This document shows positions 33,613-43,940 of a DNA stretch of 43,940 bases, piece by piece. Position 1 is the stretch's first letter. Every line of letters starts with the position of its first letter. The notes under the pieces were generated by a model that saw nothing but the letters and a program-made list of their open reading frames with translations, had not been told where the DNA came from and searched no databases. A program made the translations under genes and the position numbers. This DNA comes from Candidatus Saccharimonadota bacterium (GTDB taxonomy: Bacteria > Patescibacteriota > Doudnabacteria > UBA920 > O2-02-FULL-48-8): assembly GCA_050259015.1 (NCBI GenBank), contig JBLMZV010000017.1, positions 1 through 43,940 of the forward strand, in the 5' to 3' direction.

Positions 33613-34677
33613 ATGCTGACGAGGTTGGAATTGGAAAATTTCAGAAGCTATGAAAAAATCGGAGTCGATTGCGGCTCCGATTTGGTTTTGGTGCTGGGCG
33701 AGAACGCGGCGGGTAAAACCAACTTGCTGGAAGCAGTGTATTACCTGAATACCCTCGAGTCGTTCCGTTCGCCGGATCCGCTGGTGGTCAGGCGGGGAGC
33801 GGGCCATTTCCGCGTATCCGGCAGGTTCGACGACGGTCGGGAAGCGGAGGTGGTGGTGCAGACTTCTCCCGTTACCAGACGGGGTTACCGGATCGATAAA
33901 CAGAAAACCAGACGTTCCGACTGGTCCATAAACCCGGTGGTATTGTTTGTGCCGCAGGATTTGAATCTGTTTTTCCTCGGACCGGCCAACCGGAGGGAAT
34001 TCGTCAACCGAATCTTAAGCCAGGTGAACCCCGGGTATCGGACCGACCTTTCCGAACTGACCCAGGTCCTGAAGCAAAAAACGGCCTTACTGGAGGCGAT
34101 TCGGGACGGTGTGGCGGACAGGGCGGAACTTTCGTTCTGGAACGATAGGCTTGCGGATATCAGCCTCCGGATATACGAAGGCAGGAGCGAGTTCGCCTCG
34201 TTCGTCAACAGCCGCTTCCCGGAAGTCTACGCCCGGATTACCGACCTCCCGGGATCGTTCAGTCTGGAATACCGGCATATGAAGAAAACTGAGAAGTCAG
34301 AATTGATGGCACATCTGACGGAGCATATCGAGGCGGAGGTGGCGTCCGGAACCAACCTGATCGGTCCGCATCGGGATGATTACCGGCTTTTGAAGGACGG
34401 GGTGGAGGTGATCCACCTGTCCTCGCAGGGAGAACTCCGCTCCCAGATTCTGGCGCTAAAGCTTATAGAGGCGGCTTTCCTGGAGGGAAGAAGCGGCAGG
34501 AAGGCGACCGTGCTTCTGGATGACGTCTTCTCCGAACTGGATGAGATGCGCCGCGGCCGGCTGATGGAATTTTTCGCGGAAAACCAGGTCTTCATCACCA
34601 CCACGGAAGAACATCACCTGCCGGGTTTCAAGCGGGAGTTTATGGTGTTAAGGCTCAGCCAGAGCCTCCTTAACTGA
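33613..34677 (+). CDS. recF: DNA replication/repair protein RecF
   Basis: GENAAGKTNLLEA Walker A, SQGELR signature, LLDDVFSELD Walker B. Confidence 0.9.
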   Translation: MLTRLELENFRSYEKIGVDCGSDLVLVLGENAAGKTNLLEAVYYLNTLESFRSPDPLVVRRGAGHFRVSGRFDDGREAEVVVQTSPVTRRGYRIDKQKTRRSDWSINPVVLFVPQDLNLFFLGPANRREFVNRILSQVNPGYRTDLSELTQVLKQKTALLEAIRDGVADRAELSFWNDRLADISLRIYEGRSEFASFVNSRFPEVYARITDLPGSFSLEYRHMKKTEKSELMAHLTEHIEAEVASGTNLIGPHRDDYRLLKDGVEVIHLSSQGELRSQILALKLIEAAFLEGRSGRKATVLLDDVFSELDEMRRGRLMEFFAENQVFITTTEEHHLPGFKREFMVLRLSQSLLN

Positions 34678-34726
34678 GCTGTATCTTGTCTGGGAAATAA
34701 AAAACCGCCTCAAGGGCGGTCTTTTA

Positions 34727-35275
34727 TTACTCCTGTTCGCCTTTCAGTTTGTCTTCCTTCGGAAGCTGCTCGTACAGGTCAAGGATCAACTTGCTGACCT
34801 TGGTCGGATTGGGGACTTGTTCGAAGGCAAAGCGCTCGGTTTCGGCGGCGGTCTGCAGGTAGACGTTGCCGTAATCCAGCATCGTGGGAAGCAGGCCATG
34901 CACTTCGGCGGTGACATCCTGGATCCGGTTTAGGTGCAGTTCGGAGATGGTGTGGTTTAGGAGGCTCTTTTGGGTGATGTCCACCACGCGTTCGTTAGTC
35001 ACGATCTGGACATTCAGGTAATAAAGGATCCAGAGGATGAACAAGCCGAGGATGAGGAACATGAGGTAGATGAGTTCCACCAGGTTGACGATGTTGACGT
35101 AGGGGGGCTTCAGGAAGTCCGTGAGGTAGAAGCTGACCAGGCGGTCGCCGACGATCAGGATGACCAGGAATATCAGCCAACCCAGGAATTTTTTGAAGAA
35201 AACGAACCAATGTTGGCGGATGATGAGGAAGATTCTCTCATCCTCCTGTTGCCCGGGAAAAAGTTTGAGCAGCAT
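34727..35275 (-). CDS. bacterial PH-domain (YdbT/DUF304-like) membrane protein
   Basis: ERIFLIIRQHWFVFF followed by two TM segments and a PH-like C-terminus. Start set at MLLKLF. The track extension is Arg/His-rich. Confidence 0.7.
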   Translation of the reverse strand: MLLKLFPGQQEDERIFLIIRQHWFVFFKKFLGWLIFLVILIVGDRLVSFYLTDFLKPPYVNIVNLVELIYLMFLILGLFILWILYYLNVQIVTNERVVDITQKSLLNHTISELHLNRIQDVTAEVHGLLPTMLDYGNVYLQTAAETERFAFEQVPNPTKVSKLILDLYEQLPKEDKLKGEQE

Positions 35276-35280
35276 GGGGT

Positions 35281-35499
35281 TTAAGCGGTTAATTTGGAAA
35301 ACTGTTCGAGTGCCAGGCTTAAAAGGGTGAACATGGCGATGACGTAGGCGCCTGACACGAAGAGAATGATAAATTTGGACTTGCCGTACTTGATCAGGCT
35401 GTAGAGCGAGACCATGCTGGCAAACACGAAAATCGCCATGATCACGTAAAAGACCAGTGATACGGCTGACCACAACGGGCTGCTGGGTTCGATGAGCAT
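35281..35499 (-). CDS. small membrane protein (72 aa)
   Basis: Two TM segments. Its ATG overlaps the ruvB stop codon (TAATG), suggesting translational coupling. Confidence 0.6.
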   Translation of the reverse strand: MLIEPSSPLWSAVSLVFYVIMAIFVFASMVSLYSLIKYGKSKFIILFVSGAYVIAMFTLLSLALEQFSKLTA

Positions 35500-36536
35500 T
35501 AAAGTAAGGTTTGGTTAATTTGTTTTGTTTGTGGTTTTTTGAGGTGGTCGTATGCCGCAGGCGTCGCCACTCTGCCTTTCGGCGTCCGGGCGATCAAGCC
35601 CAGCCGAAGCAGGTACGGTTCGTAGATGTCCTCGATCGTGCCCTGATCTTCTGAGGTGGCTGCGGAGAGGGATGAGATGCCCACAGGTCCGCCGGCGAAC
35701 TTGTCGATGATGGTTTCCAGAATCCGTCGGTCGTTGGAATCCAGTCCAAGCTCATCCACCTCCAACATCCCCAGCGCGGTCTCCGCCACATCCCGGCTTA
35801 TCTTGCCGCCTGCCTTGACCTGGGCATAGTCGCGGACCCGCTTGAGCAGGCGGTTGGCGATGCGGGGCGTGCGGCGGGAGCGGGCCGCGATTTCCTTCCG
35901 GCCGGCCGGCTCCATCTCGATCTTGAGGATCTTCGCCGCGCGGTCGATGACCTGTTCGATTTCCGGCTCCTCGTAGTAATCCAGGCGGTAGGTCATGCCG
36001 AACCGGTCGCGAAGCGGCGAGGACAGAAGTCCGATCCGGGTGGTGGCGCCGATCAGGGTGAATTTCGGCAGGTCGAGGCGGAGCGCCTTGGCCCCCGCTC
36101 CCTTGCCCAGGACGATATCGAGACAGTAATCTTCCATGGCGGGGTAGAGCACTTCTTCGATGGTCTTGTTGAGACGGTGAATTTCATCGATGAATAAGAC
36201 ATCGTTTTCGGACAGGTTCGTTAGAAGCGAGGCCAGATCGCCGGCTTTTTCGATGGCCGGGCCGGAGGTCACCTTGATGTTTACCCCCACCTCGCGCGAG
36301 ATGATATGCGCCAGGGTAGTTTTCCCGAGACCCGGCGGGCCATAAAGCAGGATGTGCTCCAGCGTCTCTTTGCGCCCGCGCGCCGCTTCGATCAGGATCT
36401 TAAGGTTGGCTTTAATCTTTTCCTGGCCGACGTACTCGGGAAGGGTCTGCGGCCGCAGGGTAGCTTCAAAGAAGCTTTCCTCCGATGATTGCCGGGGGCT
36501 GCTGATGTCGATTTCTTCGAAGTCTTTGTTGATCAT
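35499..36536 (-). CDS. ruvB: Holliday junction branch migration helicase RuvB
   Basis: [20 protein letters not shown], ...[15 protein letters not shown]. Confidence 0.95.
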   Translation of the reverse strand: MINKDFEEIDISSPRQSSEESFFEATLRPQTLPEYVGQEKIKANLKILIEAARGRKETLEHILLYGPPGLGKTTLAHIISREVGVNIKVTSGPAIEKAGDLASLLTNLSENDVLFIDEIHRLNKTIEEVLYPAMEDYCLDIVLGKGAGAKALRLDLPKFTLIGATTRIGLLSSPLRDRFGMTYRLDYYEEPEIEQVIDRAAKILKIEMEPAGRKEIAARSRRTPRIANRLLKRVRDYAQVKAGGKISRDVAETALGMLEVDELGLDSNDRRILETIIDKFAGGPVGISSLSAATSEDQGTIEDIYEPYLLRLGLIARTPKGRVATPAAYDHLKKPQTKQINQTLL

Positions 36537-37723
36537 GGGTTGGATGGGGGGTTAGTGGTAGGCGGCTCGGTTGCCGGCGCGGGTGGGTTGGCGGTGGGAG
36601 CGGAAGTCGAAGCTTCGGGGTTGGGCGTGGCGGTTTGGACCGTTGTCTCCTTCTTGAAGAGGTTGGGGGAGACGTAGTTGCTCCTGAAAACCTGCTCGGA
36701 GGTGTTGCCGGCCTTGGTCACCCTCCTGGTCCAGACCGCTTTCATCGAACCGTCCGGCTTGCGGTCATACTGCCGGGGACCGTCGAATTCCACGGTCCGC
36801 CCGTCCCGGGTGCCGTAAAAATCGAAGTAAAGTTTCTTGCCCTCGACCCGGGTGCGGATTAGCAGGGAGCTGCTAAGATCATTGATGAAGCGGAAGTCGG
36901 CCGCGCCGGGGTAGATGGTGGCGTCGGTGCCCTGCGGGGCGTAGTAAGCCACGGCGAACGAATGGTTGCGGCGTTCCGTGATCGGCAAGCCGGCGTTCAT
37001 GGCAGCGCGGAAAGCGGTGGAAGAGACCTGGCACAAGCCGCCGCCAAATTCCGGGACAACCCCTTCCCGCTTGATAACCATTTCCGGCAGGAAGCCGTGG
37101 GCGGCATCAATCTCTCCTAAATATCGGTTGAAGGAGAACTCTTCGCCGGGTTTCAGGATGAGCCCGTTGAATTTGCTCGCGCCGACTTTGATGTTGGTGA
37201 TCCTGCTTTTGGACGAGCCGGTGAAATCCGATTCGCCGGTCGCCAGAAGTTCGGTTATGCCCAGGCTGTTGGTCGAAGCCAGTGAAGTTTTGGGCGCGGC
37301 GACGTGCACCGGCAGATCGCGCGAGGCGGAGTGATCAGCCATGAGCCTGCCTAGTTGGTAGAGGTCCAGAGTCTGGCCGTTCTGGCCGGGAACGAAATTG
37401 ACCGCCCAGCCGTCCGTTATCTCCAGGTCAGCGGATTCGCTGGCCTGATCCACACCCTGTCTTAAGACTTCGACGCTATCCAGGGTCAGCGGGTCGAACA
37501 GGGGCGCGGCCTGGGAAGCGTCTTCGGAGCCGAACGATCGTTTGACGAATTCCGTAAGCGAAAAATCGTTTCTGACCGCGGACGGTTCCGCGGTCGTCCG
37601 GACTACCGTCGGCAAACTTTGGATATTCCCTTGGAACGTAAAGTCGGCCGCCTTGACCGTTTTCGGAAGGAGGATCATAACCAGAAACAACAAGATGAGA
37701 TTAGCGGGCCGAGATTTTGACAT
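36533..37723 (-). CDS. VanW family protein with a Pro/Thr-rich C-terminal tail
   Basis: [29 protein letters not shown], and an N-terminal signal/TM segment. Confidence 0.85.
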   Translation of the reverse strand: MSKSRPANLILLFLVMILLPKTVKAADFTFQGNIQSLPTVVRTTAEPSAVRNDFSLTEFVKRSFGSEDASQAAPLFDPLTLDSVEVLRQGVDQASESADLEITDGWAVNFVPGQNGQTLDLYQLGRLMADHSASRDLPVHVAAPKTSLASTNSLGITELLATGESDFTGSSKSRITNIKVGASKFNGLILKPGEEFSFNRYLGEIDAAHGFLPEMVIKREGVVPEFGGGLCQVSSTAFRAAMNAGLPITERRNHSFAVAYYAPQGTDATIYPGAADFRFINDLSSSLLIRTRVEGKKLYFDFYGTRDGRTVEFDGPRQYDRKPDGSMKAVWTRRVTKAGNTSEQVFRSNYVSPNLFKKETTVQTATPNPEASTSAPTANPPAPATEPPTTNPPSNP

Positions 37724-38123
37724 TGCGCAGATTATTTTTGAGGATATTAAATTCCACCAGAATGTCGCACTTCCTGCGGATAGCCGGAAACTTGTCCACC
37801 CATTCTATTAAAGCCACGCGGTTTTTGGCACTGAGGATTTCTTTGATTCCCAAGGGTAGAAGTTCCGAGGATTTTTTCAGCCGGTAAAAATCAATGTGGT
37901 AAAAGTCCTGGCGGGCCAGGCGCTGGTGGGCGACGATAATGAAGGTGGGGCTGGTGATCCTGCCCGCGCCCAAGACCTTTCCGAAAGCCTGGGTGAATAT
38001 CGTCTTGCCCGCGCCCAGGTCCCCGACGAGTCCGATAATAATGTCTTTCCCCAAAGCCTCCTCGGCCAGGGTTTTGGCGAGCTGTCTTACCGCTTTCAGG
38101 TCCAGATTTTCATATTGAAGCAT
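37701..38123 (-). CDS. tsaE: tRNA t6A37 biosynthesis ATPase TsaE
   Basis: GDLGAGKTIFTQ...SPTF...HIDFYR. Confidence 0.85.
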   Translation of the reverse strand: MLQYENLDLKAVRQLAKTLAEEALGKDIIIGLVGDLGAGKTIFTQAFGKVLGAGRITSPTFIIVAHQRLARQDFYHIDFYRLKKSSELLPLGIKEILSAKNRVALIEWVDKFPAIRRKCDILVEFNILKNNLRNVKISAR

Positions 38124-38193
38124 GCTTTATTTTACCATTTTTAGCCTGTTTCGGTCGAGTAATCGGGGCTTTACCGCTTTTTTACGAAAAGAG

Positions 38194-38223
38194 TTGACTT
38201 ATCGTGGCGCGATGGCGTATAGT
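38194..38223 (+). promoter_or_regulatory. promoter TTGACT-18-TATAGT
   Basis: Its position upstream of the ATG at 38257 supports the shortened start of the DHH gene. Confidence 0.5.
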
Positions 38224-38256
38224 ATTATGATTCCCAAAAATGGGAATTCAACAAAA

Positions 38257-39396
38257 ATGGCTTTAGAGGACATACAGCAAGTTATCGATCGACTTGGGAA
38301 TAGTTCGAGCGTGCTTATCGTTATTCCCGAAAACCCCAGCGGCGACGCAATCGCCGCGGCTTTGGCTTTGCGCGGGTTTCTGGTCAAGCTCGAGAAGCAA
38401 ACCGAGCTTTTTTCTCCGACCCAGCCCAATTCCCGACTGTCCTTCCTGCCGGGATTCCCCGATATCCATACCGACCTTCGCGCCGTCCGGAGCTTTGTGA
38501 TCGACCTGTCGACCAAGCGCGCCGCCATCGACGAGCTGAGCTACAAGAAAGAGGACGGGCGCCTTTCCGTCTATATCAAACCCAAGGAAAACCAGTTTGA
38601 ACCAAGCGACGTGACTTTCCGGACTTCGGATTTCCCCTACGACGTCATCGTGGCCGTCTGCGTTTCGGGATTCGAGCAGCTGGGCGGTTTGTTCTCGGAA
38701 AACGCCGAACTGTTTTACGAAGTGCCGGTCATAAACATCGACCATAAGCCGAACAACGAAAACTTCGGACAGATCAATCTGGTGCAGGTGAACGCCGGGT
38801 CTTGTTCGGAAATCGTATTCGATCTCATCTCCCGCTACGAGCAGGGGCTGATCGACGAGAATATCGCCACCGCCCTCCTGTCCGGATTCATCTCGGAGAC
38901 CAACAGCTTCCAGAATAACCGCACCAGCCCCCAGGTCCTGCTTAAGGCTTCGCAGCTCGTGGGTTTGGGCGGCCGGCAGCAGGACATCATCAGCCATCTG
39001 TATAAGAACAAGAGCCTGGGGCTGCTTAAGCTCTGGGGCCGGGTGTTGGCGCGCCTCAAACAGGAGCCGACCTGCTCGCTGGTCTATTCGGCGGTCAATT
39101 CCACCGACCTGGCCAAGTCCGGGGCCACCGAAGAGGACGCCTCCCTGATCATCCGGGAAATGTCGCAGCAGCTCAGCTTCGCAAAAAATTTCCTTTTTTT
39201 GAAGGAGAAAGAAAACCAGACCACGGAAGCCTATCTGGCGGTTCAACCGATGCTTAAGGTTATGGAGCTGTTCGCCGCCTATCAGCCGGTCCTGGTCGGT
39301 CAGCAGGCGCATAAACTGACTCTCCCGGTGGGGCTTATGGAAGCGGAGCAGAGGCTGGTCGGGGCCATCGCCTCAGAGCTCGGGAAGTTCGCCTAA
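38257..39396 (+). CDS. DHH-family phosphoesterase (NrnA-like, motifs partly degenerate)
   Basis: PSGDAIAAALAL, VINIDHK (where DHH is expected), and a GGRQQ-containing DHHA1-like C-terminus. Confidence 0.65.
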   Translation: MALEDIQQVIDRLGNSSSVLIVIPENPSGDAIAAALALRGFLVKLEKQTELFSPTQPNSRLSFLPGFPDIHTDLRAVRSFVIDLSTKRAAIDELSYKKEDGRLSVYIKPKENQFEPSDVTFRTSDFPYDVIVAVCVSGFEQLGGLFSENAELFYEVPVINIDHKPNNENFGQINLVQVNAGSCSEIVFDLISRYEQGLIDENIATALLSGFISETNSFQNNRTSPQVLLKASQLVGLGGRQQDIISHLYKNKSLGLLKLWGRVLARLKQEPTCSLVYSAVNSTDLAKSGATEEDASLIIREMSQQLSFAKNFLFLKEKENQTTEAYLAVQPMLKVMELFAAYQPVLVGQQAHKLTLPVGLMEAEQRLVGAIASELGKFA

Positions 39397-39454
39397 AACG
39401 CCGCAGGGCGTTTTTTTGTTGTGTTATACTTTACTTAAGAATAACCACTTCTCC

Positions 39455-41098
39455 ATGGTATTGACGCCCGTCGACCGCGAGGTCAGGCTAAGGCAGGTCT
39501 ATTCCGAGCTCGACCGCAAGTTTGAAGAGCAGGAAACCCAAAGAAAAGCCACAACCAACAAGTTACCCTACATCAATCTTTACGGATACCCGCTCGATCC
39601 GTCGGCTTTGGTCGTGATCAATCCCGAGCGCTCCCTCGCCGTGCAGGCGGTGGTCTTCTATAAGGAAGGGCCCAACCTGAAAATCGGAACGTTTCATCCG
39701 ACCCCGGCCCTCAAGGATCTGGTGAAGGAACTGGAAACACGCGGCTATTACCCCGAACTCTACCAAATCTCGGAAAGCAGCTTCGTGCACATGCACGACG
39801 GTTATTCGAAAGTGGTGCAGACGCAGCAGAAGAGCGGCAAGATCGAACTGGACTCGAAAAAACAGGGGATCAGGGTTTCGTCGCTTAAGGAATTAGCCGA
39901 ACATCTTTCGAACGCTTCCGCCACTGAACTTATCGATACTCTGTTGCAGGCCGCCTTGTCCCTGAACTCCTCCGATATCCACGTGGAGCCCGAGGGTGCG
40001 GGGATCAAGATCAGATATCGGATCGACGGGGTGCTGCAGGACATCGCGGTCCTGCCGAAAGAAACGCACCATCCGATCGTGTCCCGCATAAAAATTCTGG
40101 CGAAGCTGAAACTTAATCTCACGACCGTCCCCCAGGACGGCAGTTTCAGCCTGACGTACAACGGTACCGCGGTCGACATCCGCGTGTCCATCCTTCCTTC
40201 GACCTACGGCGAATCTCTGGTGCTCCGGATCCTAAGGCAGGACAAGGGGAGCCTCAAGTTCGAGGAGCTCGGCATCAGGGGCCTGGCTTTCTCGCGGCTC
40301 ACCCAGCAGATGGAAAAACCGAACGGCATGATCCTGACCACCGGCCCCACCGGCTCCGGGAAGACCACGACGCTTTATGCCATCCTCAACAAGCTCAACG
40401 AACCGGGCGTGAAGATCATCACGCTGGAGGACCCGGTGGAATACAAGATCCAGGGGATCACCCAATCGCCGATCGATTCGAGCCAGGGCCTGACTTTCGC
40501 CGCGGGGCTGCGGGCCATTTTGAGGCAGGACCCGGACGTGGTGATGGTCGGCGAAATGCGCGATTTGGAGACAGCCGAGACGGCGGCCCAGGCGGCGCTT
40601 ACCGGTCACGTGGTCCTGTCGACCCTGCACACCAACGATGCGGCCGGGGCTATCCCGCGCCTGATCGACCTTGGCGTGAAGCCTTTCGTCCTGTCTCCGG
40701 CCATCAACGCCATCATCGCCCAGCGCCTGGTGCGCAAGATCTGCCCGAACTGCAAATCCGCCTACACCCCCGAGCAGCATCTGCTGTCGCGAGCCGAAAT
40801 GATACTTGCGAGCCTGCCCAAGAAGTCCGAAGCCAAAGTGCCCGGCAGGCTTCAGTTCTACCGGAGCGCCGGCTGTGCGGCCTGCAACGGACTGGGCTAT
40901 AAAGGCCGGATAGGCGTCTACGAAATTTTCACCATCAACGAAGAAATCGAAAAGCTCATCCAAAAATCCGCGTCCAATTCCGAAATCCGCAATCAAGCCA
41001 TCGCGGACGGCATGATCACCATGGCCCAGGACGGGGTGCTTAAGGCCCTGGACGGGATCACCGACCTGGAGGAGGTGTTCCGGGTTACGGAAGCTTAA
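39455..41098 (+). CDS. pilB: GspE/PilB family type IV pilus / type II secretion ATPase
   Basis: GPTGSGKTTT Walker A, VGEMRD, STLHTNDA, and a tetracysteine motif CPNC...CAAC. Confidence 0.9.
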   Translation: MVLTPVDREVRLRQVYSELDRKFEEQETQRKATTNKLPYINLYGYPLDPSALVVINPERSLAVQAVVFYKEGPNLKIGTFHPTPALKDLVKELETRGYYPELYQISESSFVHMHDGYSKVVQTQQKSGKIELDSKKQGIRVSSLKELAEHLSNASATELIDTLLQAALSLNSSDIHVEPEGAGIKIRYRIDGVLQDIAVLPKETHHPIVSRIKILAKLKLNLTTVPQDGSFSLTYNGTAVDIRVSILPSTYGESLVLRILRQDKGSLKFEELGIRGLAFSRLTQQMEKPNGMILTTGPTGSGKTTTLYAILNKLNEPGVKIITLEDPVEYKIQGITQSPIDSSQGLTFAAGLRAILRQDPDVVMVGEMRDLETAETAAQAALTGHVVLSTLHTNDAAGAIPRLIDLGVKPFVLSPAINAIIAQRLVRKICPNCKSAYTPEQHLLSRAEMILASLPKKSEAKVPGRLQFYRSAGCAACNGLGYKGRIGVYEIFTINEEIEKLIQKSASNSEIRNQAIADGMITMAQDGVLKALDGITDLEEVFRVTEA

Positions 41099-41179
41099 GA
41101 AAAAGAACTTTATAAACCCAAGCTTAAGGCTTGGGTTTTTTCGTAGGCAGATATGGCCGTTTTTTGGTATGATAAGGCC

Positions 41180-43900
41180 ATGCAATTCAAGCAAAAAATC
41201 CTATTGGTCGACGGACACGCCCTGTTTCACCGGGCGTACCATGCGTTGCCGGGCTTAAGCAACAAGGACGGTTTTCCCACCGGCGCCATCTACGGCTTCC
41301 TGTCCATCCTGTTCAAGGCGTTTTCCGATCTCAAACCCACGCACGCCCTGGTGGCCTTCGACCTGCCCGGCCAGACTTTTCGTCACAAGATGTCCGGAGA
41401 CTACAAGGCTAACCGCAAACCGATGGAGTCGGACCTGGTCGTGCAGCTGCCCAAGCTCCAGGAAGTCTTGACGGCGCTAAAGCTCCCGATCTATCAGAAG
41501 GAAGGGTACGAGGCGGACGATCTGATCGGGATCATCACCCGGAAAACTCCGAAAGACATCCTGAACATCATCCTGACCGGAGACATGGATTTTTTGCAGG
41601 TGGTAAACGGGAACACCGAAGTCTATCGGCTCAAGACCGGGATCTCGGAAATGATCATTTTCGACGAGGATCGGATCAAGCAGGACTACGGGATCACCGC
41701 CGACCAATGGCTCGATTATAAGGCCCTGCGGGGCGACGCCTCGGATAATATCCCCGGCGTCAAAGGTATCGGCGAGAAGACGGCCCTGGGGCTGGTGGCC
41801 GAATTCGGAAGCGTCAAACGGATATACGAGGAAGCGGAGTCGCATCCGGAGAAATTCAAGCCCGCGGTCCTAAACAAGCTTAAGGAAGGGCGGCATTACG
41901 CTTTTCTTTCTTATGATCTGGCCAAGATTGATTGCGAGAATGGGCTCGAATTCGACCTTGAGGCCACCAAGCTTGAAGCGTTCGAATCGGAAGAGGTGGT
42001 GAAGCTGTTCCAGGAATTGGGTATGCGCTCTCTGCTGTCCCGGCTGCCCAGGCCTGCGGGGAAGGCGGAACGGAAACCGGAACAGTCAGACGAACGGCAG
42101 GTGGCGCAGGAACCGGAAAAACCGCAGATTGTGGTGGACAGCGAAAAGGAAATGGGAAAACTCGTCGACGAACTTTCCAAGTCCGCCGGTTTTGCCCTGA
42201 CCGCATTGACCGACCAATCTTCTCCGCTTTCCGCGAACCTGCTGGGACTGTCGATCGCCTCAGGCGGCAGGCTCTATTATCTTCCGGTTAAGGGCAAGCA
42301 ATCACTGGCTCCGCTTAAGGAAATTTTGGAAAACGAAAAGATCGAAAAGTACGGCTATAACCAGAAGAGCGACCTGGTGCTGTTTAAACGATACGGGGTG
42401 GAGGTCCGCGGAATCAGATTCGACGTCATGGTCGCCGGCTACCTCCTGAATCCCGGCCTTCGCAGTTACGATTTGGAGGCTTTGATGTTTTCGGAATTCG
42501 GGGTGCATAAGCAGGGCTTGGCTGAACTGTTGGGCAAAGGCAGGGATAAACGGACCGTCTCCGACCTGGAACCCGAGGCTCTTAGGAAGCTGGCCTGCGA
42601 AAACGCCGACAGCGTGTTAAGACTTGCCGGGAAACTTAAAGAACAGATCCGGGAACAGGGAATAGAAGATGTGTTAACTAAAATCGAAATGCCTCTGATC
42701 CCGGTTTTGGCCGCGATGGAAGAACGCGGCGTGCTTCTTGATTCCGCCTACCTGCGGGAATTAAGCCAGGAAGGCGACAAGCAGATCCGGAAGCTGGAAA
42801 AGGAGATACACAAACAAGCCGGTCAGGAATTCAACATCTCTTCACCGATCCAGCTGCGGGATATTCTGTTTGAGAGACTCAAGATTCCGACCGATCCGCT
42901 GCGGCGGCGCGGCAAGACCGGGGAGCTCTCGACCGCTGCCGGTGAACTCGAGAAGCTGCGCGAATACCATCCGATCATCGACCTGATTTTCCAATACCGC
43001 GAACTGACCAAACTTAAGTCGACCTACCTGGACGCCCTGCCCGAACTGGTGCGGGAAGACCGGCGCCTGCACACGAGTTTCAACCAAACCATCGCGGCCA
43101 CCGGCCGCTTATCCTCGTCCGATCCGAATCTTCAGAATATCCCGATCCGCACGGACCTGGGCAATCGGGTCCGCAAGGCCTTCGTGGCGGACAAGGGGTT
43201 TGAGCTGGTCTCGCTGGATTACTCGCAGATAGAGTTGCGGATTGCGGCCTCCATGTCCGGCGACCCGGAGATGATCAAGATCTTCAAGAACGGGGGCGAT
43301 TTCCACGCCGCCACCGCGGCCCGGATATTCAACGTGCCGCAGGACCAGGTGACCGGACAGCAGCGGCGGGTCGCCAAGACCATCAACTTCAGCATCCTCT
43401 ACGGCGTCTCGGCGTTCGGCCTTTCGGAGCGGACGGAAATGGCCCGTGCGGAAGCCGGGGATTTTATCAAGCGCTACTATCAGGTGTTTATGCGGCTGAA
43501 GGAATTTATCGACGAGATGATCGCGGAAGCCCATAAAAACGGACTCATGAGGAACCCCTTGGGGCGGATCCGTTATTTTCCGGACATCCACTCCTCCAAC
43601 TATGCGGTCAGGAGCGCGGCGGAACGGGCGGCGGTGAACATGCCGCTGCAGTCGCTGGCAGCCGACATCATGAAACTGTCCATGATCGAGATCGACCGTT
43701 CGGATTTCGGGCCGGGCTGCCGGCTGTTGCTCTCGGTGCATGACGAACTGGTGTTCGAGATCAGGAAGGGGGAAGAGGCCTGCGTGCCCAAGATCAAGGA
43801 AATCATGGAGAATTCCTATAAGCTTAAGGTGCCGGTGGTGGCCGAGGCTAAGATCGGCCCGAACTGGCTGGACATGAAAAAAGTAGAAGGCAAAAAATAA
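41180..43900 (+). CDS. polA: DNA polymerase I
   Basis: 5' nuclease domain (LLVDGHALFHRAYH), polymerase motifs DYSQIELR, RRVAKTINFSILYG and SVHDEL. Confidence 0.95.
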   Translation: MQFKQKILLVDGHALFHRAYHALPGLSNKDGFPTGAIYGFLSILFKAFSDLKPTHALVAFDLPGQTFRHKMSGDYKANRKPMESDLVVQLPKLQEVLTALKLPIYQKEGYEADDLIGIITRKTPKDILNIILTGDMDFLQVVNGNTEVYRLKTGISEMIIFDEDRIKQDYGITADQWLDYKALRGDASDNIPGVKGIGEKTALGLVAEFGSVKRIYEEAESHPEKFKPAVLNKLKEGRHYAFLSYDLAKIDCENGLEFDLEATKLEAFESEEVVKLFQELGMRSLLSRLPRPAGKAERKPEQSDERQVAQEPEKPQIVVDSEKEMGKLVDELSKSAGFALTALTDQSSPLSANLLGLSIASGGRLYYLPVKGKQSLAPLKEILENEKIEKYGYNQKSDLVLFKRYGVEVRGIRFDVMVAGYLLNPGLRSYDLEALMFSEFGVHKQGLAELLGKGRDKRTVSDLEPEALRKLACENADSVLRLAGKLKEQIREQGIEDVLTKIEMPLIPVLAAMEERGVLLDSAYLRELSQEGDKQIRKLEKEIHKQAGQEFNISSPIQLRDILFERLKIPTDPLRRRGKTGELSTAAGELEKLREYHPIIDLIFQYRELTKLKSTYLDALPELVREDRRLHTSFNQTIAATGRLSSSDPNLQNIPIRTDLGNRVRKAFVADKGFELVSLDYSQIELRIAASMSGDPEMIKIFKNGGDFHAATAARIFNVPQDQVTGQQRRVAKTINFSILYGVSAFGLSERTEMARAEAGDFIKRYYQVFMRLKEFIDEMIAEAHKNGLMRNPLGRIRYFPDIHSSNYAVRSAAERAAVNMPLQSLAADIMKLSMIEIDRSDFGPGCRLLLSVHDELVFEIRKGEEACVPKIKEIMENSYKLKVPVVAEAKIGPNWLDMKKVEGKK

Positions 43901-43913
43901 AAAAGGAAGAATG

Positions 43914-43940
43914 AAAACTCCGGCTTCGGCCGGAGTTTTT
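43914..43940 (+). terminator. rho-independent terminator after polA
   Basis: AAAACTCCGGC-TTCG-GCCGGAGTTTTT. Confidence 0.75.

Noticed and set aside
38263-39312. 349-aa minus-strand ORF. The same applies to 40232-41194 (320 aa), 26528-27358 (276 aa), 20969-21664, 43109-43741 and 22437-23033.
   Set aside because: All lie antisense to confidently identified genes (DHH, pilB, PBP1A, gyrA, polA, yebC) and have shadow-ORF composition.
1-43940. An alternative genetic code (UGA recoding, as in some CPR lineages)
   Set aside because: All conserved genes are full length with standard stop codons, and none requires in-frame TGA read-through.

Overview
About 44 kb of chromosome from a small-genome bacterium. 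Gene content suggests a CPR/Patescibacteria-like organism, but this is inference only. The standard genetic code fits. The window spans the replication-origin neighbourhood, with jag-yidC-yidD-rnpA-rpmH diverging from dnaA-dnaN-recF. Other housekeeping genes are infB, rpsA, gyrA, yebC, ruvC, ruvB, tyrS, polA, tsaE and rnhB. Envelope genes include PBP1A, a Mur-family ligase, two Wzy/O-antigen-ligase-like proteins, an MGDG-synthase-like glycosyltransferase, VanW, bactofilin and PilB. I folded 11 tRNA genes by hand; all encode CCA. No integrase, transposase, CRISPR array or recognisable defence operon is visible. Two things stand out. (1) Several tRNA loci carry extra tRNA-derived pieces. An intact tRNA-Val sits inside a second, interrupted tRNA-Val cloverleaf. 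tRNA-Pro is bracketed by exact 5'-half and 3'-half copies. Both tRNA-Ala genes are followed by structured, ACCA-terminated elements that sit upstream of the operon terminator. (2) A 14-nt palindrome, GTTTCACGTGNAAC, occurs 7 times, plus 3 degenerate copies, inside one Wzy-like gene in all three reading frames and nowhere else in the window. Lesser items are a structured ~190-nt leader upstream of a secreted lysozyme-like paralog, an orphan 299-aa ORF, and oriC candidates. Many long ORFs in the track are antisense shadows and were rejected.
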